Shown here: positions 1 through 9,108 of the stretch, piece after piece
How the letters are laid out: the number at the start of each line of letters is the position of its first letter
Numbering within the stretch: the stretch's first letter is position 1
Virus record (IMG/VR): IMGVR_UViG_3300027887_000330
Length of the DNA: 64,000 bases
Origin: a virus
Lineage: Duplodnaviria; Heunggongvirae; Uroviricota; Caudoviricetes
Reading direction: 5' to 3' (one strand)
Program-made: the position numbers and the translations under genes
The notes under the pieces: generated by a model
What the model was told of the DNA's origin: nothing
Seen by the model: the letters and a program-made list of their open reading frames with translations, nothing else
The model's database searches: none

Positions 1-232
1 AATACATAAGAAGGTATAAGGATGACAAGACCTCACTGACAGAAAATGAGAGGATCTCTTTGGGAGCCCATCTCTTAGTAAAAAATATCATTGAATTAGA
101 CATAATAGTCCGGGAGCGAAAGAATAGAGAAGATAAATGGCGGGAAGAGAGAAACAAGCTTTCTAAAGAGATCCCCAGGATGTCGGGTGCAGAGAAAGAG
201 AAGGCAATTAATAGGGTTAAGGAGTTAAAATC

Positions 233-1012
233 ATGGATGCAATCGTCATCTGCGGTGGACAAGGCACAAGAGTCAGAGAAATAACGAAGGACGAAATCCC
301 AAAGATACTGATAAAGGTTAATAGGAAACCCTTCATAGAGCATCTGATAAACACTCTATATTCTCAAGGGGTTCGTAGAATCGTCTTTGCAGCAGGCTTC
401 AGGGGAGAAAAGATCAACGAATACCTAGAGCACAGAGGTGTTGATAGCAGCTGTATCCCCTGGCCCAGGATGTCAGTAGTGATAGAGAAAGAACCATTGG
501 ACACGGGGGGAGCGGTTCTCAATATCTTGAACAAATCTGGACTCGGGATACACAGCAACCCTTTCTTGGTGGTGAATGGGGATAGCCTGATCATTCCGGA
601 GAAGGGGGTTGATTGCTATGAGGAATTATATTATGAAGATACATATGGTCACCCCAGCTGCGCCATGTTTACGTGTAAAGTGGACAACGACGGGAGGTAT
701 GGCAGCTTAATTTTTGACGCGGACGGCTGGATATCTGAATTTAATTCAGCTAGGAAAAAGAAAAATTCATGGATTAATTGTGGGTGGTACATAATGCGGC
801 ATGAATTCTTTGATCATTATAGGAATCCAATTTGTAACAGGGATAAAATACAGATCTATGATGTGGAGCGCATTTCTCTGGAAAGAGAGTTTTTTCCTAA
901 TCATCTGGAACAGGGAGAAGTGATCAAACCAATAGCGATAGATCAAGAACAGTTCCTAGAGATAGGAACGCCGGAGGCGTTAGCAGAGACTAGACAAAAA
1001 TTAAAGAGGTAA
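233..1012 (+). CDS. hddC: Sugar-1-phosphate nucleotidyltransferase, HddC-like (D-glycero-D-manno-heptose 1-phosphate guanylyltransferase)
   Basis: N-terminal GGxGTR-type motif (ICGGQGTRV) typical of NTP_transferase fold. It lies directly upstream of a GHMP kinase and a GmhA isomerase, which is the gene content of the GDP-heptose pathway. Confidence 0.55.
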   Translation: MDAIVICGGQGTRVREITKDEIPKILIKVNRKPFIEHLINTLYSQGVRRIVFAAGFRGEKINEYLEHRGVDSSCIPWPRMSVVIEKEPLDTGGAVLNILNKSGLGIHSNPFLVVNGDSLIIPEKGVDCYEELYYEDTYGHPSCAMFTCKVDNDGRYGSLIFDADGWISEFNSARKKKNSWINCGWYIMRHEFFDHYRNPICNRDKIQIYDVERISLEREFFPNHLEQGEVIKPIAIDQEQFLEIGTPEALAETRQKLKR

Positions 1013-1016
1013 TAAT

Positions 1017-2009
1017 ATGATAGTATCGAGTTGTCCGACCCGCATTAGTTTAGGGTCAGCAGACCATCATCCATTCGCTGAGCGGTTCGGTGGAATAGCA
1101 TTAAATTTCTGTATTGATAAGAAGATATACGTAATAATACGTAAACGCACGAGGCTAGAGAAAGAAAAGTTTCGAATAAGTTATTCTAAGACGGAACTTT
1201 GTAGCAGTGTGGACGACATAACATTAGACCCAGTGCGTGAGGCATTAAAGATGGTGGGACTAGACACTCCACTGGAAATCATTTATGCCTCAGATGTCCC
1301 CGCCCGGCTAGGCCTGGCTACCAGTAGTGCATTCATCCTAGCTCTACTAAAGGGTCTATACTATCTTAGGAATACCTCTGTATCCCCTGAGATACTAGCG
1401 GAGAAAGCCTTCACGTTAGAGAGGGAGCTATTGAAACAGGCAGGGGGATTTCAGGATCATTACATAGGCTGGGGTGGCATTAACTTTCTTAGGGGCTCTC
1501 CTCATAGAGTAACCAGGGAAGCAATAGTCCTAACTCCTGAGCAGATAAGAGAATTTGAAAATCACTTCTTTCTTATTTACACCGGGGACCAGGGGGATTC
1601 AGAGAAGATACTTCCCGAGCAGCTAGAAAAGTTAGCTAGGGGAAAAACCCTGGATGACACAATCAAAATAAAATCCTTGGTGCACGAGATGTATTCTGCC
1701 ATGTTAAAACCTACATTTCATCCCATGGATTTAGCAGTCTACATGAATGAACAGTGGGAGCTTAAAAAGAAACTATCCACTACCATGACTAACCCTGTTA
1801 TAGACCATATCGAGCAAGCAGTTAAGGGGGCGTGCCCCCAATCAGGTATCAGGCTTATAGGAAGCGGTGGACGCGGCTTTATGCTGGTTTTAGTGCCACA
1901 AGAAATGAGAGATAAACTGATAGAGGCTCTACCAGGTTTTAAGACAGCCACCTTTTCGATAGACCAAGAGGGCTGCAGGGTAACAGGACATACATTTTTA
2001 GGAGCATAA
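1017..2009 (+). CDS. hddA: GHMP-family sugar kinase, HddA-like (D-glycero-D-manno-heptose 7-phosphate kinase)
   Basis: GHMP kinase phosphate-binding motif (PARLGLATSSAF). About 330 aa. Flanked by a nucleotidyltransferase and a phosphoheptose isomerase. Confidence 0.55.
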   Translation: MIVSSCPTRISLGSADHHPFAERFGGIALNFCIDKKIYVIIRKRTRLEKEKFRISYSKTELCSSVDDITLDPVREALKMVGLDTPLEIIYASDVPARLGLATSSAFILALLKGLYYLRNTSVSPEILAEKAFTLERELLKQAGGFQDHYIGWGGINFLRGSPHRVTREAIVLTPEQIREFENHFFLIYTGDQGDSEKILPEQLEKLARGKTLDDTIKIKSLVHEMYSAMLKPTFHPMDLAVYMNEQWELKKKLSTTMTNPVIDHIEQAVKGACPQSGIRLIGSGGRGFMLVLVPQEMRDKLIEALPGFKTATFSIDQEGCRVTGHTFLGA

Positions 2010-2012
2010 GAA

Positions 2013-2666
2013 ATGAGCGGTGTTAATATTGGTATAGACCAAATGTTCAGAGAACGGAGAAAGCATATGCGAATTCAGATAAGAGATTGGGTACATGACT
2101 CAATGGTTCTAAAGCAGCAGATATATAACTCAGAGGCTGTGGTCACACAGATAACAGGTGCGGCACAGATCCTAATAGATGCTCTGTGTGTGCACGGACC
2201 CAAGATATTAGTATGCGGAAACGGCGGGAGCAGCTCTGATTCGGCCCATTTTGTTGGAGAGCTTATGAATAGATTCACTCTCCTAAGAGACTACCCACTG
2301 CCTGCTATAGATCTGTCTGCCATGAATAGTACCATAACCGCCATAGCAAATGACTACTCTTTTGAGGAGATCTTTGCAAAACAGGTGAGGGCCCTCGGGA
2401 ATGAAAATGATGTACTCTTTGCGATAAGCACTAGCGGAGCCTCCAGCAACATCATTAGAGCTATAGAGGTGGCGTGGCTCAAAGATATGCATGTCATACT
2501 ACTCACGGGCAATATGAATGATTTCTACAAATGCTACCGTCCGGAAGAGGGTTATGTGCACCAGATAAGGGTTCCCTCAACTGAGACTCCGTTAATACAA
2601 GAGGCACATATAATGATAATTCACTTGCTCTGCAAGCTAATAGATACAGCGCTGGAGGAGGATTAA
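2013..2666 (+). CDS. gmhA: SIS-domain phosphoheptose isomerase (sedoheptulose 7-phosphate isomerase)
   Basis: GNGGSSSDSAHFVGEL matches the GmhA GNGGSxxDAxH signature. Length 217 aa. SIS fold pattern. Confidence 0.7.
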   Translation: MSGVNIGIDQMFRERRKHMRIQIRDWVHDSMVLKQQIYNSEAVVTQITGAAQILIDALCVHGPKILVCGNGGSSSDSAHFVGELMNRFTLLRDYPLPAIDLSAMNSTITAIANDYSFEEIFAKQVRALGNENDVLFAISTSGASSNIIRAIEVAWLKDMHVILLTGNMNDFYKCYRPEEGYVHQIRVPSTETPLIQEAHIMIIHLLCKLIDTALEED

Positions 2667-2675
2667 GGAGAGGAT

Positions 2676-3698
2676 ATGTTTGATAAAATTTTACACATGC
2701 TAGAGGGCAAGAAGAAGCCCTCCTATCAAGACAGACTACAGAGCATACACGAGTTTTTTACCAAGTATGACCTGTACAAAGAGATGTGGCCAAAACAGCC
2801 GGACACCCCACTTTCTATAGTGTGGGCTGTGGGTACCCATTTCCCTGAGATATTTATGCAGCAGCTAGGGTCTTTCATGCAGTTTGATAATATCTTTCAC
2901 CCGGAAGATGACATCATCTTTGTGGCGGACGTCGAGAGAAAAGCAGACATAGTAACTAGCAAGTTTATGACCAAGAGCCTGCAGACACGGGGAGTAATAG
3001 TTAAGAGGCCACACCCTGGGGACGGCCCCGCCCTTAACTGGGACGTAGGTATGGATTATGCAAAACATGATCGGGTTCTCCTGATACGAGACTTAGGGCT
3101 ATTCTTTAATCCGTGGCACATGCTTTCAGAGGCTAGGTCTGTTAATATAGACAAGTCTCTGTACAACTTCAGCACAGTCCTGGGGCCAGTGTGGTCCCGC
3201 TTCTCCGATAGGTGGCTATACCTGGTACACCCAAGATTTGCCCCCAACCCATTTCTATTTTCTCTAGTGCTGAGTAAGGCCGATTACCTGTCAATGAATG
3301 GTTTTGATACAATACTGAGCCGGGGCTTTGATCACACGGGGGAGCTAGATTTCCTATTACGTTGGAATATGAAAGGCTACTCGTATGTTATGAGCGAAGA
3401 GGCACATGTATTCCACCCAGGAATATCAGCTAACTCTCAAGAAGAGCTCAATGAGATGCAATTCCAGTCTTCCATAAACAGGCGATACTTCTTTGATAGA
3501 TACGGAGAAAGCTTTATCAACGGACTCAAGCCTCCATATAAATCAGACATAAATATGATAGAAGTAAATCATGCGCTTACCTATGACCCTCTATCCGAAG
3601 TCATACTGGATGATTTTGACGAACAGCTAGAAGAAGTCAAGGACGCGTTCACCTTTAATAAATGGTACCATGAGAACTTGGTGCAGGAGGTTTTATGA
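2676..3698 (+). CDS. Hypothetical protein
   Basis: 340-aa ORF with good start context (GGAGAGGATATG), coupled to the upstream gene. No recognisable motif. Confidence 0.5.
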   Translation: MFDKILHMLEGKKKPSYQDRLQSIHEFFTKYDLYKEMWPKQPDTPLSIVWAVGTHFPEIFMQQLGSFMQFDNIFHPEDDIIFVADVERKADIVTSKFMTKSLQTRGVIVKRPHPGDGPALNWDVGMDYAKHDRVLLIRDLGLFFNPWHMLSEARSVNIDKSLYNFSTVLGPVWSRFSDRWLYLVHPRFAPNPFLFSLVLSKADYLSMNGFDTILSRGFDHTGELDFLLRWNMKGYSYVMSEEAHVFHPGISANSQEELNEMQFQSSINRRYFFDRYGESFINGLKPPYKSDINMIEVNHALTYDPLSEVILDDFDEQLEEVKDAFTFNKWYHENLVQEVL

Positions 3699-4288
3699 CT
3701 CTCAGAGAGCCTACCCCTGTCCAGAGAGTAGGCGCTGAACAGATCGGAAGATCATTCACGGAGACCAAGGTCTGTAGTAAGTGCGGGGACGAGAAATCCA
3801 TAGACGACTTTAATATACGGGGCAGACGAGGGGCCAGTAAGCTAAGAAATGTATGTAAGAAATGTCAGAAGATTTACGAAGAAAAAATTAAACCTCGAAG
3901 GAGACAGCGTTATCTGGATAATAAGGATGAAATATTACAAAAATGTAAGAACTATAGGCATAAAAACAGGGAAGAGATCTCGCGAAGGCGGGCGTTACGA
4001 AGGGAAGAGTTTAATATAACTGTTCACCTTTATTACAATGGGTGTTGTTTCATATGTGGTGTTACTGATAGCTGTCACGAAATGTACGACTGTCACCACA
4101 TAGACCCTTCTATAAAAGATTGGAATATCTCTAAAGCATACGCCTCTCCGTGGGATACGGTAGTTATTCCAGAACTTGAAAAATGTATTTATCTGTGCTC
4201 TAATTGCCATAGAAAGTTACACGGCCATAGGTTTGATGAACAAATTAAAACAGGCGAGCTAGTCTTAGTGCCTGGGAGGAAAACATAA
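3695..4288 (+). CDS. HNH endonuclease with N-terminal CxxC zinc fingers (probable homing endonuclease)
   Basis: CSKCGD...CKKCQ zinc-ribbon pairs, then DCHHIDP...CSNCHRKLHGH, a classic HNH motif. Confidence 0.65.
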   Translation: MTLREPTPVQRVGAEQIGRSFTETKVCSKCGDEKSIDDFNIRGRRGASKLRNVCKKCQKIYEEKIKPRRRQRYLDNKDEILQKCKNYRHKNREEISRRRALRREEFNITVHLYYNGCCFICGVTDSCHEMYDCHHIDPSIKDWNISKAYASPWDTVVIPELEKCIYLCSNCHRKLHGHRFDEQIKTGELVLVPGRKT

Positions 4289-5301
4289 TGGATATATGTG
4301 GCTATTTAGCCGTTTGTGAACCTATTTCAGGAAGATTGCCAATACAGGAATGTATTGAAGCGCTTTACGATCATTTAGATTCTTTCGTAGTCTATGACTG
4401 CAGCAAATACGATAGGTTAGATCTATCTAAGTATGGAAAGGTTAAGAAACACGTCAGAGGTGTCTTCAATTGTTTTGATAATCCCTTTGGCTCGATGTTT
4501 ACGCAGGCTTTAAACTTAACAGATTCGGAGTATGTTATGTTTATTGATGGGGATGAATTGTTTGAATTTAAGTCTTCTAGTTTGAAAGATATAATTAAAC
4601 GCTATCCTATGCAACCAGGTGTAGGTGTAGCTTTTAGCCTCAAAAATTATTATTGCAGTAGAAATTTTATAATAGATGGTTGCAGCAGTAAAGGAGCCCA
4701 TGTATTTAAAAAAACCCCGGAACTTGCCCATGACTCATTACAGGGCTTCTGGCAGCACCGTAGCCGAATCCGTAGGACCAATAATGACCCGGACGGCTGT
4801 GACGGGGTACGTCTGTGTAATGAGAGTTGTCAGCCCGCCATGCATTATCCTCCGATCCCGCTAGAAGAGGTGGTGGTCCACCATACTTCGCACCTGGACT
4901 TGGCTGGCAAGATGGTGAGAAGTGTATTACAGTACAATCATACCAGCACTCTAGATCTGATGGATTTCTTTCCAGTGGATATGAGGCTGAGGCCAGAGCT
5001 AGTAGAGAAGATCTACAGCTTGCAAGTAAAAGAAATAGAAAATGGGGATGTTAAATTATACGGAAAGCCCGTTCCTATCGTCTACGAGGGGAACAAATAC
5101 GTAGATGCATTTGTCCAACGATATAACATAAAGGAATTCAATCCTACAAAAGTAAAAGACTACGAGAATTGGAAAGACATCGACACTATTGCATGTGACA
5201 CAGATGTAGATGGAGGAAAAGATGGCGAAAGCATCGAACGGGCTGAGGCCGTGGAGCCTGAGCCCAACGTGCATCAAGACATTCAACCAATGTCTTCTTA
5301 A
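4288..5301 (+). CDS. Hypothetical protein, possible GT-A-like glycosyltransferase
   Basis: MFIDGDELFEF resembles a DxD nucleotide-sugar binding motif. Located next to the heptose-nucleotide genes. Weak call. Confidence 0.3.
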   Translation: MDICGYLAVCEPISGRLPIQECIEALYDHLDSFVVYDCSKYDRLDLSKYGKVKKHVRGVFNCFDNPFGSMFTQALNLTDSEYVMFIDGDELFEFKSSSLKDIIKRYPMQPGVGVAFSLKNYYCSRNFIIDGCSSKGAHVFKKTPELAHDSLQGFWQHRSRIRRTNNDPDGCDGVRLCNESCQPAMHYPPIPLEEVVVHHTSHLDLAGKMVRSVLQYNHTSTLDLMDFFPVDMRLRPELVEKIYSLQVKEIENGDVKLYGKPVPIVYEGNKYVDAFVQRYNIKEFNPTKVKDYENWKDIDTIACDTDVDGGKDGESIERAEAVEPEPNVHQDIQPMSS

Positions 5302-6382
5302 GTACTGGTATCAGTATATTAAGAAAGAGAAGGGGATAGAAGATTCTGTGCCCCTTCGTTTTGGTACTACAGTCCACAGCGCCTTAGAAGAACTGGGGCG
5401 AAGACTTCACAGCGGAGAGCCACTGACCGTGGAGCTCTGTGAAGAGGTGGCGCAGATGGTACCAGCGTTTGCAGCTCAGAATCAGATAGATGATGCTGAG
5501 TTAATAAAAGAGGGACAGCAATTTGTCAGGGAGCGTTACTACAAACACAACCCTGAATACAAAGTTGTAAAGACAGAGTTGAGTTTCTTCAAGATGAAAC
5601 TTACTACTGATCAGGGTGTCCCCCTTAATGGGGTTATCGACTTACTAATGCAGATGGACCCCACCACAGCTATTGTGTTAGACTATAAGACCTCACGCAA
5701 GGCGGACACAGTAGCAGAAGCCAAGGTAGATATTCAGCTATCCATGTACGACTACATGATCTCTAAACTCTACCCGCAGTACACCCATATTTGGCTGGTC
5801 CTGGACTTCCTACGAAGCGAGTCTGTTATATCAGACCGAACGATTGAGGAAAGAAAGAACTTTGAGTCATGGCTTAATGGCTTATGGGTGACGATGGGGA
5901 ATATGACAGAGAAGGACGTGGTTGCTTCAGTGAATGAGTACTGTCCTTGGTGTAAGTACAGGCACATGTGCCATGAGTATGAATCGCTTTTAAAAGACGA
6001 CCTAAAGCTAAAGCCCATGATGGTCATCACAGACCCGGCCGAGTTCGCCGCTGAATGGAGATTAGCTAAAGTATTGGAGAGGGCAGCCGAGGGTCGTTTA
6101 CACGAACTCAAGTCTTGGGCAGATAAGAAAGTTGCCATGGAGGGTTTAGTTCAGTTCGAGGATGACAAGTCGATTGTGTCCTGGGGACAAGGGTCTAGAA
6201 AATTCTACGATCCTAACGCCTTGGTAGGACACATTCCGTCAACAGATCTAGCTAGATTAATTTCTTTCAAGAACAAAGATCTTGAAAATTATTCTCACAC
6301 CAGACCGGACCTAAGGCCTTTGATAGAGAGAGCTTCTAGAACAAGTCCTGGGGCCCCACGAATAACTATGCGTAATAAGTAA
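5210..6382 (+). CDS. PD-(D/E)XK nuclease, Cas4/RecB-family with C-terminal Cys cluster
   Basis: VIDLL...VLDYKTS core (D...D/ExK). C-terminal CPWCKYRHMC (CxxCx5C) plus N-terminal Cys, as in Cas4-like Fe-S exonucleases. Confidence 0.6.
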   Translation: MEEKMAKASNGLRPWSLSPTCIKTFNQCLLKYWYQYIKKEKGIEDSVPLRFGTTVHSALEELGRRLHSGEPLTVELCEEVAQMVPAFAAQNQIDDAELIKEGQQFVRERYYKHNPEYKVVKTELSFFKMKLTTDQGVPLNGVIDLLMQMDPTTAIVLDYKTSRKADTVAEAKVDIQLSMYDYMISKLYPQYTHIWLVLDFLRSESVISDRTIEERKNFESWLNGLWVTMGNMTEKDVVASVNEYCPWCKYRHMCHEYESLLKDDLKLKPMMVITDPAEFAAEWRLAKVLERAAEGRLHELKSWADKKVAMEGLVQFEDDKSIVSWGQGSRKFYDPNALVGHIPSTDLARLISFKNKDLENYSHTRPDLRPLIERASRTSPGAPRITMRNK

Positions 6383-6486
6383 TAGTTCACTTTTTGATCA
6401 AAGAAATCACACGGTTATATGACCCAAACCTCTCTGGAATTAGCTAAGCAAGTTAGTTCTAGAGAGGCTTTAATTCAGGAGAGGCT

Positions 6487-8436
6487 TTGAATAGTTATCA
6501 ATCACAAAGCGTTGAAAAGCTAGAAATTCCGTATCGGTTCTTACAGACTAATAATGAAATATGGGAAGCTTTTGTAGAGATACTTAAAGCCCCGTTAAGG
6601 CCTATGGATACAGAGACAACAGGCTTGGACCCACATACGGTCCAGCTGTTGCTCTTACAGATAGGAACGGGCGCTATGAATTATGTCATAGACATGACGG
6701 CTAACAATGCCCTAGCTCGGAAGGATAAAGATGCCCCGATCTGGAAGATGGCTATCGACATATTCACCGACTCAGCAACTAAAATTTTTCACAATGCAGC
6801 CTACGACTTTAAAATAATTAAAGCCCACTTCGATTGTGAAGTTACTAATATTTATGATACAATGATAGCTGAGAGGCTGCTCACCGCCGGTAAGTTCGCG
6901 AAGAAGCACGCGAATCTGGCTGAGTTGGCGACCAAGTATGCAGGAATCTCTGTTCAAGAGATGAACAAATCCATTAGAGCTGGTTTTTATGCTGGTTACG
7001 TGCTAGATAAGTTTTCTGATGACCAGATACTTTATTCTGCCAGGGATATACATGTACTTCTCCCTATTTATTGGGCCCAGATCAGCCAATTAATGGAAGA
7101 AAACCTTATACCTACGGCGGCCCTGGAGTTCTCAGTAGTACCGGTAACAGCCAGTATGGAATATGTTGGAGTTAATTTTGACACTGATAAGTGGGTCCAG
7201 GCCGTAGAGGAATTGGATGTTGAGAGACTACAGAAACGACGAGAAGTAGAAGGGATTTTTAAGAGCAGCGGGCTAGAAAAGCAGAAATCCCTGTTTAATG
7301 ATTTCTGCACAATCTCTATAGATAGTCCAGCCCAGCTATTAAAGGCTTTGAAGCAGTTAGGTATACCCTTGGAGGATTCAACCAACAGTGGTATCTTAGA
7401 GAGGATGATTAACGACTATCCAATCCTGGAGCCATTGCTCAAATACCGGGAGCACCAAAAGCTGGTTACATCCTTTGGAGAAAGTCTTTTAGACAGACTC
7501 AATTCGGTGACAGGCAGACTTCACGGAAGCTTCATGCAGATAGGTGCTGACACTGGTAGATTTAGTGCTCGCGACCCAAACCTGCAGCAGATCCCTAGCG
7601 ACCAGAAGTGTTCTTTGCGAGATTGCTTTATACCTCCAGAAGGTTATGTAGCTTTAGGTGCGGACTATTCTCAGCAAGAACTTAGGGTGTTAGCCTGTAT
7701 CAGTGGGGAACCCAACATGCTCTTAGCCTACTCACAGAATGAAGACTTGCATACTGTGACCACGGCGTTCTTATTTAAACGGGGCGTAGAAGAACTTAAA
7801 GCTCTGTTGAAATCTAGGGACGAGAAACTAAAGGCAAAGAAATTTGATCTCGTTACTGATGAGGAAAAAGAAGCCGTCAGACAAAGAGCTATTGCTAAGT
7901 CCATTAACTTCTTGATAGCTTACGGAGGTACATACAAAAGGCTGGCTTACACGGCCCGTATAACTGAAGACTTTGCTAAGGAAGTTATGGATAATCACGG
8001 CGCGTCTTTCCCACGTCTTAAAAACTTCATTAAGGTAGAGGGGGATCGCACGCTGCGCAACATGTATAGTCAGACCGTGCTGGGGCGCAAGAGATACTAT
8101 ATACTTCCAGACCGCAGCGATCCTGACTACGGTAAAAGAGAAGCAGGATTAAAACGACAGGGAGTTAATCATATTATACAAGGAACCAGCGCTGACATTA
8201 CTAAACAGGCCCTGGTCTACATTGACAAGAGATTTACAGAAAGGTTTGGAAGGCAGAACGCGTATATATGGGCCGTTATACACGATGAAATACAAACTAT
8301 GGTTAAGGCGGAGATAGTCGAAGAGGCCGGTCACCTACTAACAAGTAGTATGGAAGAGGCCTACTATAAATTCATACCACAAGAAGTGTGTCCCATTAAG
8401 GTAGATGCACAGTCGGGCCCGCACTGGGTCCATTAA
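6487..8436 (+). CDS. DNA polymerase I (family A) with 3-5 exonuclease domain
   Basis: Exo I motif DTETTGLD. Motif A LGADYSQQELRVLA. Motif B RQRAIAKSINFLIAYGG. Motif C VIHDEIQ. Confidence 0.9.
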   Translation: MNSYQSQSVEKLEIPYRFLQTNNEIWEAFVEILKAPLRPMDTETTGLDPHTVQLLLLQIGTGAMNYVIDMTANNALARKDKDAPIWKMAIDIFTDSATKIFHNAAYDFKIIKAHFDCEVTNIYDTMIAERLLTAGKFAKKHANLAELATKYAGISVQEMNKSIRAGFYAGYVLDKFSDDQILYSARDIHVLLPIYWAQISQLMEENLIPTAALEFSVVPVTASMEYVGVNFDTDKWVQAVEELDVERLQKRREVEGIFKSSGLEKQKSLFNDFCTISIDSPAQLLKALKQLGIPLEDSTNSGILERMINDYPILEPLLKYREHQKLVTSFGESLLDRLNSVTGRLHGSFMQIGADTGRFSARDPNLQQIPSDQKCSLRDCFIPPEGYVALGADYSQQELRVLACISGEPNMLLAYSQNEDLHTVTTAFLFKRGVEELKALLKSRDEKLKAKKFDLVTDEEKEAVRQRAIAKSINFLIAYGGTYKRLAYTARITEDFAKEVMDNHGASFPRLKNFIKVEGDRTLRNMYSQTVLGRKRYYILPDRSDPDYGKREAGLKRQGVNHIIQGTSADITKQALVYIDKRFTERFGRQNAYIWAVIHDEIQTMVKAEIVEEAGHLLTSSMEEAYYKFIPQEVCPIKVDAQSGPHWVH

Positions 8437-8445
8437 GGAAGCGAA

Positions 8446-9108
8446 ATGTCAGGAAAGTTGGTATTACAGATCTATGAGGACGACGTACCTCTCACCCTAA
8501 TAGGAACTGCTAAAGTAATTATGGGGCTGAAGGACGAACAGATAAGGGAGGTAGCCAATTCTGCAAATGACAGAGCTCACCTCCCTAAGTATTGTAATAA
8601 CAAGGAACATCATCATTATAATGCATGCATAGGTGGAGGCATCTGTTTGGCAAAGAAGTACAAGCGTCTGTTCTCTTTTGTGGACGTGGTATGTACTACT
8701 TGCGATTCGTATGTTATAGTGGATACCTTGAATTATATGTTTAGTGAATACTATGAAGGTAAATACAGAGCTGAATGGAGAAAGACACGTAGGGACAAAC
8801 GCTCTGGCTTCACAGATAAACCGGTAAAGGCTGTTACTAAAAAGCGTGCCAAAAAACAAACCGAGACAGAGCCGATACAGGCTCCAGCCGAACTAAAAAC
8901 AGAGTCAATTACTAAGAAGGACTCCCCTAAAAAGAAAAGGGAGCGGCCACCCAAGCTGTCTATCCAGGCAACTGAAACTGGTCGTGTCTCCGGGATTACT
9001 CCCAATGAGTCCAATAAACCAAAGACATTAACCAAGGCAGTCGTAGAGAGGGGCAAGCCAAGAGTCAAACAGGGGAGACCTAAGAAGAGGACAGCGGAGG
9101 CAGCTTAA
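8446..9108 (+). CDS. Cys/His-rich protein with C-terminal AT-hook-like basic tail (DNA-binding)
   Basis: C-terminus RGKPRVKQGRPKKRT contains GRP AT-hook cores. Lys-rich tail. Confidence 0.4.
   Translation: MSGKLVLQIYEDDVPLTLIGTAKVIMGLKDEQIREVANSANDRAHLPKYCNNKEHHHYNACIGGGICLAKKYKRLFSFVDVVCTTCDSYVIVDTLNYMFSEYYEGKYRAEWRKTRRDKRSGFTDKPVKAVTKKRAKKQTETEPIQAPAELKTESITKKDSPKKKRERPPKLSIQATETGRVSGITPNESNKPKTLTKAVVERGKPRVKQGRPKKRTAEAA

Noticed and set aside
60-284. ORF 60..284 (+) at the window edge
   Set aside because: It overlaps the hddC start in another frame and may be the truncated end of an upstream gene or spurious. There is not enough evidence to call it.
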